A DNA stretch of 49,717 bases, from assembly GCA_900772775.1 (NCBI GenBank), contig CAAGRW010000151.1, forward strand, positions 1 through 49,717. The letters run 5' to 3'. This DNA comes from Candidatus Rifleibacteriota bacterium. GTDB lineage: Bacteria > Vulcanimicrobiota > Xenobia > Xenobiales > Xenobiaceae. The notes beneath the pieces were generated by a model. The model worked only from the letters and a program-made list of their open reading frames with translations. It had not been told where the DNA came from and did not search any database. The position numbers were made by a program, and so were the translations under genes. Within the stretch, counting starts at the first letter, position 1, and every line of letters begins with the position of its first letter. Shown here piece after piece: positions 27,377 to 36,586 of the stretch.

Positions 27377-28984
27377 CTATTTTTGCTTCGCCTGAGCTTC
27401 AGTTTGGTTGATATTTTGCAATAAAGCACTAGCTTCAGGCATTCCCATAAGAGAAGCTTCATTCAGAAGTTGCTTGGCTTGCTCTATGTCTTGATCGACG
27501 CCGCGTCCTTCAAGATAGCAAGTAGCTAAAGCGAATAAAGCCGGTGGGTACTTCATTTGGGCTGCTCTGGAGAGCCAATGCACCTCTTGAGAGACGTCTT
27601 GTTTTACTCCCTTGCCGTCTCTGTAACAAGCGGCCAGCAAAAAAGCGGCCATTTCAGAACCGTGCTCAGCTGCTTCGCCAAGCCAACGTACACCTTCGGC
27701 TGCATTTTGAGCAACGCCGTCTCCATCTAAATAGCAGACACCAAGCTTAAATTGAGCTAAGGTGACTCCAGACTTAGCTGCCAAAGTATAATAGTGGACA
27801 GCTTGCTGAGCATTGGCAGCCACACCTTCGCCGTTGTGGTAACATTGTGCCAAATTAAAGTGAGCTCCGGCATAGCCTCCATCGGAGGCCAATTTATAGT
27901 AGCGTACCGCTTTGGCAGCATCTTTGGGCACTCCCAAACCGCGCTGGTAATAGGTGCCGACGGTACTACAAGCTGCTGCGTTACCACTTTCAGCACAGCG
28001 CAAATAATATTTTAAGGCCCGGCTATAGTCCTGTTGCACGCCATTGCCGCGCTCGTAACAGTCAGCCAAAAAATAAGCGGCTTTCATATCGCCCTGTTCG
28101 GCAGCCTTAAGAAACCAATGGGCCGACTCTTTAGCATCGGCACCTACTCCGTAACCACGTCGGTAGTAAATTCCCAAATTGGTTTGCGCTTTGTCGTAGC
28201 CTTGTTCGGCAGCTTGGTGTAAGTAGCGAAAAGACTCTGAAGGAGAAGCTTTTACTCCAGTGCCGTTGGCTAAACACACAGAATACTCGTATTGAGCTTC
28301 GGCCAGCCCCATTTGAGCAGCTTGAGCGTAGAGTTTAGCCGCTTCTTTATGTCGGCCGCTTTCCGTGCAATTTACAGCTTTAACATAAATTTCATATCCA
28401 GGCTGAGCTGTAAGATCGCGTTTTTCAGACCATGTTGCTTTAGCCTTAGCTTTGGAGTTTAAACCGGCTTTCGTATCTTCGGCGACAATTTTTTTTCTAG
28501 CCTCTTGACTAAGTGAAGATACGACAGGACTATCTTTTCCTGTAACTTTCGGAACAGCGGACTTGCCTTTGCCTGCGGAAGGATAAGCAGCAGACTCAAA
28601 AGCGGCTTTTTTAATATTGCTAGCAGTAGGTTTAGCTACTTGCCGAGTATTTTGTTTGGCGCTACCAGCTTTAGAGGCGGAATCGGAAGCCTTGGCGGCT
28701 GTCGTTTGGGAAGAAGCGGCTTCGGACTTAGAGCCGACAGGCGCATTTTTTGACGTTTTTTTCTCAGCTGCAGCAGCTAACTTATTTTTATCTGAGCTTT
28801 TGGCTTGGTTGTTACCTTTATGAGCATCCCCAGCTTCGGGCTCTGTCGCTGTAGAAGACGTGGCCGGGGCCGTCTGTCGAGCGTCACTTTCTGTTTGTTT
28901 TACTTGCTTGCTGCAAGCCCCCAGAGACGACATTAAAATGCCACACCCCAGCAAAACGATCAATTTTCGCCAATTAATCGCCAT
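27377..28984 (-). CDS. Sel1-repeat (SLR/TPR-like) lipoprotein
   Basis: The preferred start is the ATG at 28984 (MAINWRK), which has a GGGAGGA SD. A lipobox follows (LGCGILMSSLGAC-S). The linker is S/A/K-rich. About 8 tandem Sel1-type repeats (AxxWxxKAAEQGxxxAQxxLGxCYxxGxGV) follow. Confidence 0.85.
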   Translation of the reverse strand: MAINWRKLIVLLGCGILMSSLGACSKQVKQTESDARQTAPATSSTATEPEAGDAHKGNNQAKSSDKNKLAAAAEKKTSKNAPVGSKSEAASSQTTAAKASDSASKAGSAKQNTRQVAKPTASNIKKAAFESAAYPSAGKGKSAVPKVTGKDSPVVSSLSQEARKKIVAEDTKAGLNSKAKAKATWSEKRDLTAQPGYEIYVKAVNCTESGRHKEAAKLYAQAAQMGLAEAQYEYSVCLANGTGVKASPSESFRYLHQAAEQGYDKAQTNLGIYYRRGYGVGADAKESAHWFLKAAEQGDMKAAYFLADCYERGNGVQQDYSRALKYYLRCAESGNAAACSTVGTYYQRGLGVPKDAAKAVRYYKLASDGGYAGAHFNLAQCYHNGEGVAANAQQAVHYYTLAAKSGVTLAQFKLGVCYLDGDGVAQNAAEGVRWLGEAAEHGSEMAAFLLAACYRDGKGVKQDVSQEVHWLSRAAQMKYPPALFALATCYLEGRGVDQDIEQAKQLLNEASLMGMPEASALLQNINQTEAQAKQK

Positions 28985-29091
28985 AGTTATTCCTCCCATA
29001 GTTTTCTGGCTGAACTTAGAACCTTGTTGCCGAACAGAAAACTAATCTTTCCCTCTTTAGGCAGGGCTATTTTAGCTCCTGCCTGGCATAG

Positions 29092-30315
29092 TTAAACCGC
29101 TGTTTCTTTCTTATCGGCTAATTCCACAGCCGCCGTAAAGAGCACATCTGTCGAGGAATTGAGAGCTGTTTCACAAGAGTCTTGAATAACACCTATTACA
29201 AAACCTACGCCCACTACTTGCATAGCCACATCTACAGGGATACCAAACAAATTACAAGCTAAAGGAATAAGCAAAAGTGAGCCTCCAGCTACTCCGGAAG
29301 TTCCACAGGCGCTAATTGTAGCAATAACACAAAGCATTAAAGCGGTCACTATTCCTACTTGTAATCCCAAAGTGTTGGCAGCAGCCAAAGTTAAAATGGC
29401 TATAGTACAAGCGGCGCCACTCATGTTTATGATAGCTCCCAGAGGAATAGATACTGAATAGGTGGCTTCATCCAATTTTAATTCTTCGCAAATTTCCATA
29501 TTGACGGGAATATTGGCCGCCGAACTGCGAGTAAAAAAGGCCGGTATACCGCTTTGGCAAAGGCATTTCCATACCAAAGGATAAGGATTGCGGCGCAATT
29601 TGAACAAAACGATCAGTGGATTAGTAACTAAAGCCACAACAGCCATAGCTCCCACCAAAACAAGAATCAAGCGTCCATAAATTAACAAAGCTTGTAAACC
29701 ACTTTCGGCAATAGCACTGTATACCAAGCCCATAACACCGAAAGGAGCGCATTCTATAACATAGCCAATAACTTTACTTAAAGCATCAGATACTTCCGAA
29801 ATAGCTTTTTTTGTCGATTCTGAAGCGGCTCTCAAAGCCAGACCAAGCAAAACAGCCCAGCAAAGGATGCCCAAATAATTGGCTTCAGCAATAGATTTTA
29901 TGGGATTATCTACCAAAGTTATCAGCATGTGCCCCAAAACTTCGCTGACATTCTGCGGAGGGACAATATTTTGCTCGTAACTTCCCAACACTAACGTAGG
30001 GTGAAAAAGATAATTAAAGCCTACAGAAACACAGCCGGCCAAAAGCATGCCCACAACATAAAGACACACCACTTTACCAACATTGTTTTTCATTTCGCCG
30101 TTGTTCTGAGCCAAAGAGGCGGCTACCAGCACAAAAACTAAGATTGGTGCCAATCCCTTGAGAGCGCCGACAAACATTTTGCCGAAATAAGCGATAGCTG
30201 TCGCTTGAGGACAAACAAGAGCCAAGACTATACCAATAAATAGACCAATAATAATTCTGACAACCAAACTGAGCTGGGAGAACTTAGTCCAAGCTGAACG
30301 CAATTGCTCCAACAT
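29092..30315 (-). CDS. sstT: Serine/threonine transporter SstT (dicarboxylate/amino acid:cation symporter family)
   Basis: 407 aa and polytopic. The N-terminus (SLVVRIIIGLFIGIVLAL...FVGALKGLAPILVF) and SSAANIPV-type motifs are characteristic of SstT/DAACS carriers. Confidence 0.8.
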   Translation of the reverse strand: MLEQLRSAWTKFSQLSLVVRIIIGLFIGIVLALVCPQATAIAYFGKMFVGALKGLAPILVFVLVAASLAQNNGEMKNNVGKVVCLYVVGMLLAGCVSVGFNYLFHPTLVLGSYEQNIVPPQNVSEVLGHMLITLVDNPIKSIAEANYLGILCWAVLLGLALRAASESTKKAISEVSDALSKVIGYVIECAPFGVMGLVYSAIAESGLQALLIYGRLILVLVGAMAVVALVTNPLIVLFKLRRNPYPLVWKCLCQSGIPAFFTRSSAANIPVNMEICEELKLDEATYSVSIPLGAIINMSGAACTIAILTLAAANTLGLQVGIVTALMLCVIATISACGTSGVAGGSLLLIPLACNLFGIPVDVAMQVVGVGFVIGVIQDSCETALNSSTDVLFTAAVELADKKETAV

Positions 30316-30513
30316 ATCTTCCGTACCTTTCTTTACAACTCCGCTAAAAAATTGGCTTTTTACAGCAGTCTGCCTGCCGCCAAGTTTTTTTTACTGTCAA
30401 ATTGCCATTTTTTTTGAAAAAAAGCTTAAAAAAGGTTTTTTTGGGGGAAATTTGAAGTAGAACGGAGTTTTATTTTGGCCGTTTCCTGCCATTTTTCCAA
30501 CTGAAGGATTTAT

Positions 30514-31305
30514 ATGAGTACAACTATTTTGGGTAAATTGCTCAAAAAGCTTCGCGTAGAACACAGCGAGACTATCAATGATATGGCCAAAAAGTTAGAG
30601 ATAACGCCGTCTTATTTGTCTTCTATCGGTGTAGGTAAGCGCTCTTTGCCTGCTAAGCAACTGGAACTTATCAAAAAGCACTACCATCCCACTCGCAAGC
30701 TTTTGCGTCAGATTTTTTGGGCGGCCGAATTTTCTAAGCTGGGAGTAAAGATCAATTATGCAAAATTGAACGACGCTCAGCGCCAATTGGCAGCCGTTTT
30801 TGCTCGCAATGCTTCAAAATTGGATATTCAAGCTATTGCTCAATGTTACCAATCATTAGGTATTCCCATTCAGGAACTACGCGGTTGGTGTACTCTTCTC
30901 AAGCAAAACCAAGGTTTTTATAAACCTTTTCAACATGTTTTAGAATATATCCAAACCGAACGCCATCGTCGCAAACAGCAACAATTGATCTTAAAGCAAG
31001 CTCGTCTAGATTCATCTCAAAATGCCAAAATAAGAATGGACGGGCTTATCGAACAAGTTAAGATTTTGCAAGAAGCTATGCCAGATAATGCCAATCTTCA
31101 GGCTCTGGCTACCAACTTAAAAAATTCACTGCAGCATTTAAGCTTAGAAATAGTTTCTTTAAGCGCTTTGCTAAATGGCGAAGATGCCTCTAAACCAACT
31201 GAAAACGAGTCTTCAGTTGCCACCAGCAACCTCGAACCCAAAACGACCGACGAAACAGACGAGTTATACGATAGCGGCCCAGGCCAAGAGTTGCTCGATT
31301 TTTAG
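30514..31305 (+). CDS. XRE-family helix-turn-helix protein with a long C-terminal helical extension
   Basis: The N-terminal HTH reads LGKLLKKLRVEHSETINDMAKKLEITPSYLSSIGVGKRSLP. The rest is predicted helical or coiled, with an acidic tail. GAAGGA SD. Confidence 0.65.
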   Translation: MSTTILGKLLKKLRVEHSETINDMAKKLEITPSYLSSIGVGKRSLPAKQLELIKKHYHPTRKLLRQIFWAAEFSKLGVKINYAKLNDAQRQLAAVFARNASKLDIQAIAQCYQSLGIPIQELRGWCTLLKQNQGFYKPFQHVLEYIQTERHRRKQQQLILKQARLDSSQNAKIRMDGLIEQVKILQEAMPDNANLQALATNLKNSLQHLSLEIVSLSALLNGEDASKPTENESSVATSNLEPKTTDETDELYDSGPGQELLDF

Positions 31306-31331
31306 ACAAAAAAAATAGCCTTATTTACTAT

Positions 31332-31381
31332 AAGTGAAAGCCTCGCTTCCTTCTTTATAAAAGAGAGCGAGGCTTTCACTT
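31332..31381. terminator. Perfect 16-bp-stem hairpin in the convergent gap between the HTH gene and ppdK
   Basis: AAGTGAAAGCCTCGCT (31332-31347) is the exact reverse complement of AGCGAGGCTTTCACTT (31366-31381). The loop is 18 nt. Confidence 0.5.
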
Positions 31382-31395
31382 ATCATGGAAAGTAA

Positions 31396-31429
31396 AAGTC
31401 CCAAATTGCTTTTTGACAACTTGGGACTT
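31396..31429. terminator. Second hairpin (9-bp perfect stem) in the same convergent gap
   Basis: AAGTCCCAA (31396-31404) pairs with TTGGGACTT (31421-31429). The loop is 16 nt. Confidence 0.45.
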
Positions 31430-31497
31430 CTGTGTTGGAAGCTCTCCAACCGAGCCTATAAGACCAGGCCAGAGAGCTCAACTTATATGTTTAGAGC

Positions 31498-34407
31498 CTA
31501 GCGAATGTCAGCAGTGGCACCTTGACCATTGCGTTTCTCGCGAACAGCAGCCTGAGCGGCGGCCAAGCGAGCGATAGGCACACGGTAAGGAGAGCAAGAT
31601 ACGTAAGTCAAGCCAATTTCGTGGCAGAAAGCGACGGAAGAAGGCTCACCGCCGTGCTCACCACAAATACCGATTTCCATATCTTCACCGCGAGTAGCGC
31701 GACCTTCTTTGACGGCCATCTTCATTAAGCGGCCAACACCGACCTGATCCAATACCTGGAAAGGATCGGCCTTTAAGATGTGCTGATCTAAGTAGATGGG
31801 CACGAAGGTCTTGGCGGCGTCGTCACGGGAGTAGCCGAAGGTGGTCTGGGAGAGGTCGTTGGTACCGAAGCTGAAGAACTCGGCTTCAGTGGCGATGTCA
31901 CCAGCGGTCAAAGCGGCCCTGGGGATCTCAACCATGGTACCGACTTTGTACTTCACGGTTACGCCAGTTTCGGCCATAACTTTTTCAGCCATCTCGGTGA
32001 CCATCTTGCGGTTCCAGCGCATCTCTTCGACAGTGCCTACACCGGGAATCATAATCTCGGGCTTAGCGTCGATACCGGCTTTAACCAAACCGCAAGCAGC
32101 TTCCATAATACCGCGAACTTGCATCTTGACGATTTCGGGGAAGACGATACCTAAACGGCAGACGCGCAAACCGAGCATGGGGTTGCACTCACTCATCTTC
32201 TCAACGCGGCCAAGGAGAGCGACCAAGCTCTCTAAGGTTACGTCGGCACCGCGTTTGGCACGGATTTCGGCCAAAGCAGCTTCGTAAGCTTTAGTATCTA
32301 CATCTTTGAGGGTTCTGAGGCGAACGACATCCTCGAAGAGAGGGCCGTGCTTAGGAAGGAACTCGTGTAAAGGCGGGTCGATCAAGCGGATAATGGTCCA
32401 GCAGCCTTGCATAGCTTCCAAGATTCCGCGGAAGTCGCCGCGCTGGAACTCGAGCAACTTGGCCAAAAGTTCCTGGTAACGGTTCCAAACGGGCATGTGC
32501 TCTTTGTCGAACTCAGCCAGCTTGGCTTCCAAGGTTTCCTTGTGACGACCGGTAGCTTCGGCGAGCTCTTTAACGATAGCCTGACGGGCACGATTGCCAT
32601 TTTCGGCTTCACCGGCGATGAGGATCATATCCTGTACGTAAGGCAAACGCTCGGTTTCCATGAACATGTGCTCGGTACGGCACAGACCGATACCGGCAGC
32701 GCCGAAAGCTCTAGCTCTGGCAGCATCTTTGGGGTTGTCAGCGTTGGCATATACTCTCAAGCGCTTGACTTCGTCAGCCCAACCCAAAAGTTCTTTGGTC
32801 TCGGGAGTGAGGTCTTTGGGCTCTTCCAAAGGAAGTTCGCCGAGCATGACTTCACCGGTGGAGCCGTCGATGGTGAGGAAGTCGCCATCTTTGAAGGACT
32901 TGTTGCCTACGGTGACGGTCTTGTTTTCGATATCAATGTGTAAGGCTTCGCAACCTACTACGCAAGGGATACCCCAGCCACGAGCTACCAAAGCGGCGTG
33001 AGATGAAGGGCCACCGGTGGAAGTGAGGATACCCTTAGCTACCAACATACCGGCAGCGTCTTCAGGAGTGGTATCGATACGGACCAAGATAACGGGAGTC
33101 TCGCTGTGGAGGCGGACAGCTTCGTTCTTATCAAATACTACGCGACCGCAAGCGGCGCCGGGAGAAGCGGCAGTACCTTTAGCTAACATGCTGCCGTCGG
33201 CTTTGGCTTGTTTCTTTACCTTGTCGGGAATGAAGGGGTGGAGCAAGCGATCGAGCTGATCGGGAGCTACGCGCATAACGGCTTCTTCTTTGGTGATGAG
33301 ACCTTCGTGAACCATGTCGACGGCGATCTTTACGGCGGCGGCAGCGGTTCTCTTACCGTTACGGGTCTGAAGCATGAACAAACGACCTTTTTCAATGGTG
33401 AATTCCATATCCTGGAGGTCTTTGTAATGGAGCTCTAACTTGGTGGCGATGTCGTTAAGAGTGTTGTAGCTCTCAGGCATAATTCTCTTAAGCTCGTCGA
33501 TAGGAGAAACTTTGCGGATACCGGCTACTACGTCTTCGCCCTGAGCGTTTAAGAGGAAGTCACCGACTAAGCCCTTGGTACCATCGTTGTAGTCACGGCT
33601 GAAAGCTACACCGGTACCGGAAGTTTCGCCCATGTTACCGAAGCACATAGCCTGTACGTTTACAGCGGTGCCCAAGTTGTGAGGAATCTTCTCGTGGTTG
33701 CGATAGATGATAGCGCGTTCGTTCATCCAAGAACGGAACACGGCCAATACGGCTTCTCTGAGCTGCTGGTGAACATCCTGAGGGAAGTCAAAACCTTTTT
33801 CTTCTTTGAATAACTTTTTGTAGTCTTCTACAACTTCTTTCAAAGCAGCAGCGGAAAGTTTGGAGTCTTCTTTTACGCCTTCGGCGTCTTTCTTGGCGCG
33901 CAGGATTTTCTCGAACTCAGACTTGGGAAGATCCATTACTACGTCGGAGAACATCATGATGAAGCGACGGTAGGCGTCATAAGCGAAGCGCTCGTTGTTG
34001 GACTGCTCGGCCAAACCTTTTACGGTTTCGTCGTTGAGACCGAGGTTGAGGATGGTGTCCATCATACCAGGCATGGAGAATTTGGCGCCAGAGCGAACGG
34101 AGACCAAGAGAGGGTTCTTGGGGCAGCCGAAGCCTTTGTCCATCTTCTTAGCCAGAGTGGCCATCTGTTTTTCAATTTCTTCATCTAAGCCGGGAGGCAT
34201 AATTTTGCCCAGCTCATAGTACATATTGCAAACTTCAGTCGTTACAGTAAAGCCGGGAGGTACGGGGATTCCCATACGGGTCATCTCAGCCAGGTTGGCG
34301 CCTTTGCCGCCCAGGAGAGCGCGCATTTCAGCGTTGCCTTCTTCAAATTGGTAAGTAGCTTTCTCATTGGTCAGCTTTTTACGCCAACTTTCACAACTAC
34401 AAGTCAT
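31498..34407 (-). CDS. ppdK: Pyruvate, phosphate dikinase
   Basis: The motif LLGGKGANLAEM, the phosphohistidine region GGPSSHAALVARGWGIPCVVG, and the C-terminal PEP-utilizer segment FFSFGTNDLSQ...ICGEHGG are present. 969 aa. The N-terminus is about 10 aa longer than usual. Confidence 0.93.
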   Translation of the reverse strand: MTCSCESWRKKLTNEKATYQFEEGNAEMRALLGGKGANLAEMTRMGIPVPPGFTVTTEVCNMYYELGKIMPPGLDEEIEKQMATLAKKMDKGFGCPKNPLLVSVRSGAKFSMPGMMDTILNLGLNDETVKGLAEQSNNERFAYDAYRRFIMMFSDVVMDLPKSEFEKILRAKKDAEGVKEDSKLSAAALKEVVEDYKKLFKEEKGFDFPQDVHQQLREAVLAVFRSWMNERAIIYRNHEKIPHNLGTAVNVQAMCFGNMGETSGTGVAFSRDYNDGTKGLVGDFLLNAQGEDVVAGIRKVSPIDELKRIMPESYNTLNDIATKLELHYKDLQDMEFTIEKGRLFMLQTRNGKRTAAAAVKIAVDMVHEGLITKEEAVMRVAPDQLDRLLHPFIPDKVKKQAKADGSMLAKGTAASPGAACGRVVFDKNEAVRLHSETPVILVRIDTTPEDAAGMLVAKGILTSTGGPSSHAALVARGWGIPCVVGCEALHIDIENKTVTVGNKSFKDGDFLTIDGSTGEVMLGELPLEEPKDLTPETKELLGWADEVKRLRVYANADNPKDAARARAFGAAGIGLCRTEHMFMETERLPYVQDMILIAGEAENGNRARQAIVKELAEATGRHKETLEAKLAEFDKEHMPVWNRYQELLAKLLEFQRGDFRGILEAMQGCWTIIRLIDPPLHEFLPKHGPLFEDVVRLRTLKDVDTKAYEAALAEIRAKRGADVTLESLVALLGRVEKMSECNPMLGLRVCRLGIVFPEIVKMQVRGIMEAACGLVKAGIDAKPEIMIPGVGTVEEMRWNRKMVTEMAEKVMAETGVTVKYKVGTMVEIPRAALTAGDIATEAEFFSFGTNDLSQTTFGYSRDDAAKTFVPIYLDQHILKADPFQVLDQVGVGRLMKMAVKEGRATRGEDMEIGICGEHGGEPSSVAFCHEIGLTYVSCSPYRVPIARLAAAQAAVREKRNGQGATADIR

Positions 34408-34611
34408 TTATTGCCTTTCCCTTCCAACGCCGCAGCAGGGATATTTCCCACCGCATGCGGTTTGTGTTTTTAGTAATCTTGCGCTTCCGATTGATGATTG
34501 CGAAAGTCACAAACCGAAAGCGAAGCGAGTCCGCCGAAAGAAGCTTCGTCGGTTCGCTTCCAAAAATTTTGTTTTCCCCCGACAGCAGGGCCAGCTTGGC
34601 CGCCCCTACTC

Positions 34612-35106
34612 TTATACACTCTTCTGCGCCAAAGCCAGCATCTCTTCTGTGCTGGCTTGAAGCATAGTATACGACTTCCAATTCAGGCGCATAGCTTTAT
34701 TGAGCATTTTGGTTCCGCTCTCAGCAGCCTGAAGAGCCAAAGTACGCACAGAAATATCGTCACTTTGGGCATATTGTTTTACTAAATCCAGAGCCCTAAG
34801 TAAGCTTTCCAAGCCCATGCGACCAATACTCAATTCTTCACTGATTTCGGCGCGAACATCCTCGGGAACATCCATAGCACACACTTCAGACAGCCTTGAA
34901 TTGTAAAAGGCGGTGCGCTCTTTGAGGCGTTCTTCCAACTTGTCAGAATCAAGTTTTCCATCTTCCCAATCGGCTATCAATTCGGCCACTTCCAGCGCGG
35001 GGCCATTCTGATAAGGAGGCACGGCCGTTCTGGAAGGCAGAGGAGCTTTGCAATGCTCACAAACATCTGTAGAATCAGTAATTTTACCACAAGCTACGCA
35101 CAACAT
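34612..35106 (-). CDS. Zinc-ribbon plus helical-domain protein, paralog of 49081..49590
   Basis: The N-terminus MLCVACGKITDSTDVCEHCKAPL is CxxC-x10-CxxC. The C-terminal helical domain ends LNKAMRLNW. Both regions align with the 49081..49590 product. Confidence 0.65.
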   Translation of the reverse strand: MLCVACGKITDSTDVCEHCKAPLPSRTAVPPYQNGPALEVAELIADWEDGKLDSDKLEERLKERTAFYNSRLSEVCAMDVPEDVRAEISEELSIGRMGLESLLRALDLVKQYAQSDDISVRTLALQAAESGTKMLNKAMRLNWKSYTMLQASTEEMLALAQKSV

Positions 35107-35212
35107 TTCTCTTTTACCTTTCCCCTCGGAAGGGCTATTCCCTCCTAGAATTGACCTCAGCTCAATAAATGTTCCCGTCTAATTGCGTATATTTTTCCTT
35201 ACAGAAAAAAGT

Positions 35213-36448
35213 CTATTTTTCCGGGGTAAAAGCAGCGACAAAGCAAGGATGCTTCGAATCTGTATGTTGCCCCTGAATCACTTTTACTTCTTTGAAACCG
35301 GCCATTTTCATAACTGTCCGCACTCTGTCTATAGGTGGATCTCCTCCATCATCGACAAGTAGCAAGCCGCCTTTCTTTAAGGCTTTCTTTATGCTGGCCA
35401 AAAGTGGCAGCCAATCGCGCTGAATCAGCTCATCTGGCCCATCACCAATATGAATAAGACCTGCATGCACTACGTCTACACTTTCGGCAGGCATATGACA
35501 ATTTTTATAGGAGCCGTCTATAAATTTAATTTCGCCCCAATCGGTACAACCGGAAGCCAACAATTCTTCGGCAAAACGTTTGCAAGAAGAGTCTATTTCC
35601 ACGGCCCAAATATTTCCCTTGCTGCCTAACTCAGCTCGTAAAGCAGAGAATATCTTGCCAGTGCCATAGCCGATTTCGCACCAGTTGGCTCCCTGCCAGC
35701 TCTTTCCCTTAGGAAGCAATTTTTTCAGTTCTTCCATTTGCTTAGAGCCACCTTCGCTAGTGGCATAAGCATAGAGCTGGCGAAAAGCTTCCAAAGGCCA
35801 TTGAGGAGCCGGCCCCAAGCCGATTTGGTTATGCAATTCTTGCATTTTGTTGTAGTCTCGACTACGTATGGCCAAAAGTATCTTCAGCGAACGGCTTAAG
35901 GGAAAATCTTTATTTTTGTCCGTAAAGTAAGTTTGGTAGACAGCCTCTTCAAAAGGTGCAAATTGCCAGCCCTTAGCTTGCACATTCCAACGGCCTTGCT
36001 TATCGATCCACTCTTGAGCTTGAGTACCGAGAGAAGTTAATTGCGGATCTAAAACTTGCAATTTTTCCAAAGCCGAGCGCAACGGATACTTATACATGTA
36101 AAGCATAGGCAAATCGCCATTTTTGACAGGCCATGCCTCTTTAAGAACAGTTGCCAGTTTGTTTTGGTCAAGTTTTACCTTGGAAGAAGCCTCTAAATAA
36201 TTGAGATAGTCTTCCACAGCTCGACGCAACTGTTCTTCACCGCGAACTTGAGGAATTTGTGGCAGCGAATGCATAGCTGCTCCGGATTTATTCTCTTCAG
36301 CTTTAGCATCCGTCGATTGCATAGCGATAGGCGTAGAGGTGGTATTCATCTCATGCAAACGCTCGTAGTTAAGGCCACACCAAACTCCGGCGCCTACAAC
36401 CAAGCCTATACAAAAAAATAAGGCTCTCGACTTCCAACTCCTTTGCAC
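35213..36448 (-). CDS. Membrane-anchored class I SAM-dependent methyltransferase
   Basis: GTG start with a GAGGAGGAG SD. An N-terminal TM helix (ALFFCIGLVVGAGVWCGL) is present. The C-terminal domain carries motif I (EIGYGTGKIF) and LLVDDG. Confidence 0.7.
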   Translation of the reverse strand: MQRSWKSRALFFCIGLVVGAGVWCGLNYERLHEMNTTSTPIAMQSTDAKAEENKSGAAMHSLPQIPQVRGEEQLRRAVEDYLNYLEASSKVKLDQNKLATVLKEAWPVKNGDLPMLYMYKYPLRSALEKLQVLDPQLTSLGTQAQEWIDKQGRWNVQAKGWQFAPFEEAVYQTYFTDKNKDFPLSRSLKILLAIRSRDYNKMQELHNQIGLGPAPQWPLEAFRQLYAYATSEGGSKQMEELKKLLPKGKSWQGANWCEIGYGTGKIFSALRAELGSKGNIWAVEIDSSCKRFAEELLASGCTDWGEIKFIDGSYKNCHMPAESVDVVHAGLIHIGDGPDELIQRDWLPLLASIKKALKKGGLLLVDDGGDPPIDRVRTVMKMAGFKEVKVIQGQHTDSKHPCFVAAFTPEK

Positions 36449-36586
36449 AGCTTACTCCTCCTCTATCTGCTTGTTGCCTATCTTACCATGCCCTTTGTGT
36501 TCGATTGTGGCAGACTTTTTTGCTTTTGGATAGTTTTGTCTGCTTACAAAATTTTACGATCGCTCGCCATACCAAATAAGAATGCA

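Noticed and set aside
34367-34785. A cluster of overlapping 70-97-aa ORFs on both strands in the ppdK upstream region.
   Set aside because: They are mutually exclusive frames without SD. The region is the ppdK 5-prime leader and the 3-prime end of the zinc-ribbon gene. It contains only modest hairpins and no riboswitch core that I recognise.
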